DNA of 63,686 bases, counting the filler, from Folioceros fuciformis (lineage: Eukaryota): NCBI GenBank assembly GCA_049999805.1. It is 13 parts of 13 records of this genome, joined end to end, with 100 filler letters (N's around TTAATTAATTAA, not from the genome) between each part and the next. Parts side by side here need not be neighbours in the genome. Positions count along the whole stretch, not along the records: positions 57,849 to 61,737 come from JBNGIO010001379.1; positions 61,838 to 63,686 come from JBNGIO010001382.1; 11 more parts are not named here. One strand, 5' to 3'. Both the position numbers and the translations under genes were made by a program. Under the pieces are notes generated by a model, which was given only the letters and a program-made list of their open reading frames with translations, had not been told where the DNA came from and did not search any database. Shown piece by piece: positions 58,216-63,686 of this stretch (position 1 is the first letter of the stretch; each line of letters begins with the position of its first letter).

Positions 58216-60820
58216 ATGTCGGGGCTAGATGCCTACAGCGGCTCGGAATTGAACGAGTATGGAGGATTCGACATGAATCAGAGCTCTCTCAGAAAGCTCT
58301 GCAAGATGAACAAACTGTAAGTATGCTGCGCAGTGGAAGAGGACACAGGATTGCAGCGATTAGGTTGTGACGTGACGGGAGTTGTCCTGGTGTGGCAGAT
58401 ACATACATTGCCCGGAGCTTAATGACGTCCTTCATCTGCAACAGAAGGTTACCAGACAGTCAGGGATTGTTTGTCTCTGTGTTCCTCGGTGTTTGATGGG
58501 CTTGCGGTTCGCTGACTGGAGTGTGTGGTAGATCAGGGGATATCGCAAATCAAAAATTTGGAGGCTTATCGCGGCCTGAAAACTGTGTACCTGGAGCACA
58601 ATGGTATCGATTTCTGACACACATTACGGAGCACTAAGACGTTCTGCGCGCGGTGTAATGTGCTTGAGCTCATCCAAGTCTTGCATGCTTTTGAACAGCT
58701 ATTTCGAAGATTGAAGGGCTTGAGACGCTGGTCCACATTCGTACACTTTATCTCAACCAGGTTTGAGCGACTATGCTTGGAGAAGTTGATTAAGTTTTTC
58801 ACGAGATCTTAATGCCGACTTCGCGTGTCTTGCCGTTCCTTGTGGGGTTGCAGAATCTGCTGACGTTTGTGGGAGGATTGGAAACCTTGACACAATTAGA
58901 AGTGCTCGATCTGGCTGATAACCAGGTGTTCACCTTCTTCCGGCTCTGTCTATGGTGTGCGATGCGTCATCGCGAATCTTGGCTCTCGCTAAGTTGCTGC
59001 TGTATCTTGGTTATGGTCTGGTTTAGTTTGAGCAGCTCAGTAGGTTGGTGTACCTGACTGCACAGATAAAAGAAGTGACGGGGCTCGTGTGCTGTCCGTT
59101 GCTTCGACAACTCAATCTGTCTGGAAACCGAATTCAAACAGCAAGTGATGTTCGACATCTGTCGGTAAGCCTTTGTGTGCAGCACTTGGCATACATGCAG
59201 ACATTGTTCGGCTTCTCTAATTCTCGTCAGTTACTGCTGTAGGAATGCCCGAGTCTGCAATCATTGGACATCTCGAAGAACTATATTGACGAAGAAGAGG
59301 CATTGACGGTGAGGTCTCTTCTCGCTTCGATGAATTGGAAGTCGAAAGGTTATCGAGAGATGTGTGAAGCCAGAAAACGTGTTCCGTTGTATCTGACATT
59401 TCAGTTTTTGGGAAGGTCCTCAGAGAGCTTCCGTTAACCCTGCTGCGGGTGACTGGCAATCCGATTGTAGTCAAGACGGAGAACTACAGAAAAAGAACAA
59501 TATCCGTAATGCCAGTTGTACGCGTACTAGGCTTTTGCAATGCTTTCCAACAAAGCCTGTTTTTCTATCCTTTCCTTGGATCCTCACCAGGGCATCTCTT
59601 CTGTCAGCTGCAATACTTAGATGATTCTCCCGTGTTTGAAAAAGATCGTAGGCTGGCGGAAGCATGGTCAAAAGGAGGACTGGAGGTAACACCTCGTCCC
59701 TGCTCTTCATGTAGTTGTGGCGTTCAGTCGGATGGTAACTGATCACCAAGTTGCTTTGAGGTCGTCTGAGCCCCAACTTTGGCAGGCGGAGAGGGAGATG
59801 CGGGAACTCATCGCCGTGGAGGAAGAAAATGAACGAGCCAGACATCGTAGAGGCAAGAATGTCTGTACCCACAGCCTCATCATACGCGGTCTTGCCGACA
59901 AGAGTTGTCTAGAAATGAGATTGAAATGGCCCCTTGCAGCATTCAATGACATGGTTGAAAATGCAAAGGCTGAGTACGCCGCAAGAAATGAGGAAATGGA
60001 AAAGGAAGCGGACGACATGTCCACAGCCAGCAGTGGGGAACCAGCCGAGAAAATTGAGAACAGGCAGGATGATGTACCTGCCCTGGAACCCATTGCCGCG
60101 GACGGCGTTGCAGCGGCTGACTGCCCGAGCAAGGAGGCGCTGGACATCCAAACAGAGGCCGAGGAGCATGCGCACCCCTATCCACAGGAAGCCGGAGACT
60201 TCACCATGCCCGACAACGAAGTGAAAGCGAGCAGTGAGGACATCGCAAGCATCACAACGCTGCTCTGGGAAACCGCCGACAACGCCATATCTTCGATCGA
60301 CGACGAGGAAGCGCGGGAGCAGCAGAGACTGGAAGAATCCGAAAGGGCACAGAGAATCGCCAAGTACGCGGAGCTGATGGCCGTGAACGCAGAGAGAGAA
60401 AGGGAGTTCAAGCGGGAGCTCCAAGAACGCGCCTTGCGCAGAGCTGCAAGTGCCACAGAGGAGAAGTTCGGCGGGCTGGCACAGGGCCGCAGAAGCTCCA
60501 TCGACGCGGACGACGACGACCCTGCACTGGTGACCCCGAGACCGGTCATCTGGGGAACAGCGAAGTACCGCGACCTGTGGCTGCAGGCTCTGGCTCTGGA
60601 CGACGAAATGCCCTCGGAAGACGAGACCAGCTCGAGCTCATCCTTCGACACGGACGACGATTGCAACAGCGGTGACGAGCCCGACGACGCCGAATGCTCC
60701 TCTTCTGCCGCCGTAGATGAGCCTGCTCTCGAAGACGCCTCTCCGGATCCTCCCCTTCCACAGGAGATGAAGGAACCTCGGGAAGCTGCCAGTACTAGTT
60801 CACAGGGCCTGCCTGGGTAG
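58216..60820 (+). CDS. DNAAF1: Dynein axonemal assembly factor 1 (ODA7/LRRC50), LRR protein with an acidic tail, about 11 exons
   Basis: MNQSSLRKLCKMNKLY..PELNDVLHL..KGISQIKNLEAYRGLKTVYLEHN.ISKIEGL, a series of LRRs, GNPIV....NYRKRTI...[30 protein letters not shown]. Confidence 0.92.
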
Positions 60821-61837
60821 TCTTTGACAAGGTCAGGGAATCAATCCCTTTGTTTTGCTTTCTTCGTTTCCATAGTTTCCATAACAGATTCCATACACCT
60901 ATACACATCTACATGGTGTGTAAACCTAGAACCGGGAAATGAGTCACCTGTATACACTCTTGCAGGTAAAGGCCGGGGCAGGCTTGGAGCAAAAGGGCAG
61001 AGGAAGTGGGAAGCTCGTCCAGGTGCGGACCTGCGTGGAAGGGGCTTGCATGTAGAGTGAATGGGGTCTGAGCTGTAGGACGTTTTGACAGGAAGTCTTT
61101 GTATGCGAGTTGTTGCTGACGATCCTGCCGCATGGCGTGAAGCTTAGGAGCCACTTGGCGGGGTTGGTCGGGGAGGTATCGTCCCGTCCATCTTTGAGTC
61201 GGACTGGGTGACATGATTTTCGGGGACTATGGAAGAATGACGAGGCCCACTCAGGGACGAGAAACGAAGAATTCTTTTTAAGTCAAGTAAGGGCGGATTT
61301 GGAGAGTGGTACTGCATGTGCTCTGTAGGTTGCGGATGTTAGCCGTGGTGTTTTCCAAGACGAGGAGGAAGGCTTTGTTTGGTAAGGACGGATTTGTGTC
61401 ATGGGACTGTAGCTACTGTACATAGACTTAGCAGGCTGGTGGGATGGGCCCGAGCCTGGCCCGGGTGCCTAGGTGGGATGACTTGGAAGTGGCCCACGAT
61501 CCGACTAGTATGCGTGTTAGGGGCTGGCTTTGAGAGGAGACGAAGTCGAAGCTTCGGTGGGTCACGGGTCACGGGTCACGGGGGAACGAAGCGGCTCTTG
61601 GGTTACGTAAGGCAAGGTAAAGGTGAGCAAGGGAAGGGAAGGGAGGAGAGGGAAGGGTAAGGTGAGGGGTAACGCAGTCCGCGTTCACACGGCCGGTCTG
61701 GATGTGGAGGAGTACAAAGGTGGTGATGATGCCTATGNNNNNNNNNNNNNNNNNNNNNNNNNNNNNNNNNNNNNNNNNNNNTTAATTAATTAANNNNNNN
61801 NNNNNNNNNNNNNNNNNNNNNNNNNNNNNNNNNNNNN

Positions 61838-62731
61838 GTCACAACAAGAACTCGTACGCAGCTCAGAAAACTTGACCCTCGGAAAGGTCTTCAGGAGTGC
61901 CAAGCGGCTACGCATCCGCTCCTCAGCCCGGTCAATGTCGTCAAAGTGTTGGAAAAAGGCGGCATCGAAGAACGTAGCATCGATCCAGCCAGCAGCACGT
62001 GCAACTGCCTCGCTCAGCACCTCATTACTCCAAACGTCAATCAATCCCGCTGCGATCGCGACGGCTTCGCCGAGAATTCGCAGCCCCTTGAACACAAGCC
62101 GGTCCTCCTCGTCCATTTCTTCCTCTTCCTCCGAGCCGTTGCCAGTTACGTCCACCGCAAAATCAACCGGCCGGTCCTCCGCTCTTTCCTGCTCCGGACT
62201 CGCGCGCTTGAGCCGCAGTTGGAGCCAGTACAGGGAACGGATGATGCATGTGAAGAAAATCAAGGAACCCGCCACCGTAGCCGCCAGCAACAGCAGCGAG
62301 AGGCTGACAGCAAGAGCCATCCCCAGCACAGGGAGCGCCGACGCCACCACACTGAAGAGCACAGAGAAAACGCCCACGCTTCTAAGCACCTTGATCGCAA
62401 GACAACATAACCCTGGCGGAAACATCCATCTGACGATGTGGGAAAAGGCCGTCTTCGACAAAATGACCGGTGTCGGCTCGCAACTATACCAGCTGGCATC
62501 ACGGACAGAGCTCCCACCAGCAGCGTCCGTCACCCCGGCAGCTGCCTGTTCCTCGCTCGCTCCGGCCCGCGGAATCCGCAGTGCTCTCTGAACGTGAACA
62601 TTGTCAGAGTGCTGCGATCTCGAAGCCCGTGGTATTTCAGACAGCAGAGGGAAAGACATCTTACTGCAGACGGCGTAAGCAACCGCCTCAGGCAACCTGG
62701 GGACATCAAGCAGCGCAATCCGGGCATCCAT
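61838..62731 (-). CDS. Membrane protein, 3' end lost in the gap; possibly a TM-anchored RING-H2 E3 ligase
   Basis: Open frame of about 298 aa from ATG 62731 with a long hydrophobic stretch (VGVFSVLF...LIFFTCII) and an acidic patch. It ends LLKTFPRVKFSELRTSSCCD, like the 'xPxxxF' segment preceding RING-H2 domains. The RING itself is not visible. Confidence 0.55.
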
Positions 62732-63686
62732 CTGTCCCGCAGCCGCCCGGCAGACGCTCACACGGATCGCGTCAAATTTAAGAGAGCAAAAATCCAACGG
62801 AATCCACCTCCCGGATCCCGCTCACGACTCCGGCACTCGATCCCGCGCAAAGCAGTCTCCTGCATCCAGCAACGCACAACATGCCGGGCAGTCAGTCCAC
62901 CGGATCATGCAACATCCAAGCCAAAAAGCAAAGCAACGGGCCGGGCCGGTTCCCGACACCGCACTGCATTGCACTGCACTGCAGCCGCATCCCGTGCAGC
63001 TTCCTGGAGGTTCACCTCGGACAAGGCTCACCTGCTAGGGGGATGGGGGCACAGCGCAGTAAGGACGGGCGGCGGCAGAGGAGCAAAAGAGGAAGGAGCT
63101 GTCTCGCCTCTAGAGCATTCCTTCCCTGCCGTCGGACTTGCCGAATGGAATACTCTAGCCGCGTGGCGCGATCCTATACCCGAATCGTGGAGTCGTTCCG
63201 CATCGCCCGAATCGTGAGACGTTTCTGGGCGACTCACGGGTCACGGACGGTGGAAAGTAAAAACAGTGAACGCGGGCTCAGGCTGTGAGGGTTGCCTCCT
63301 GGCCCCACCACTGGAGCCACTCAATCAGCGTCCTTTCAGTCTTTACCGGCCCCTGGCGGTAACACAGCGGTGCAGGTTTTGCCTCATCCAACGCGAGCGA
63401 CTGAATGTTTTTGGTTTTCCCGGGAAGCCACGAGATCGGCGTCTCGTATCCGGGACCGGCAGGACGTTGTCGAATCGCGGGCGCAGATGATGCCCCCGTT
63501 GCGACCCGGCCCGGGATTTCGCCATGGCCACACGCCACTGCAGGAGCGCGCTTTGTCCTGCAGATGAGACGCACAGCGCGCGGCAGGAGCAGCCCGGGTG
63601 CAGGTGTGCAAGCTCGGCCCCGCCGGGATGGATCGCATTTGCTGATATCTGTGCTTCGGGACGAGGATTTTGCGAGGAGCACGTGG

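Noticed and set aside
1..63686. tRNA, rRNA, snRNA genes, organellar insertions or bacterial HGT islands
   Set aside because: None recognised by eye; all identified genes are typical plant nuclear genes. A covariance-model search would be needed to exclude small RNAs.

Overview
Gene-dense nuclear DNA from a seed-free land plant, most likely a hornwort. The evidence is ~90-130 bp introns, flagellar genes (DNAAF1/ODA7, DRC8-like), and a very long PLS-PPR with 37-aa L motifs and a WW-type PG box. The window is 13 contigs joined by artificial 100-nt linkers (N44-TTAATTAATTAA-N44); at least one join is a real adjacency because the UBP gene spans it. Host genes: VPS35L (partial), intronless APH1, PPH1/TAP38-like PP2C, plastid LIP2, DRC8/EFCAB2-like, TIM50, makorin, MYND-UBP with a C-terminal SEC-C motif, a 38-repeat PPR-E with truncated DYW:WW, IMP1, GH17-X8 glucanase, MNS4/EDEM, a class I LBD, DNAAF1 and a partial membrane protein. 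A nicotinamidase and a collapsed PPR are pseudogenes. Positions 7.4-19.9 kb and 54.9-57.7 kb are retroelement graveyards (gypsy, copia, LINE, LTR ends, minisatellites). The most interesting items are a phototropin-like kinase fragment between a PBS and a PPT/LTR, two contigs each framed by inverted same-family LTR ends, the SEC-C-tipped UBP, the giant PPR with a predictable RNA target, and a TAP38 homologue lacking the usual membrane anchor. All gene models and identities were made by eye and from memory of the families; no database search was run. I found no complete novel multi-gene system that I can support.
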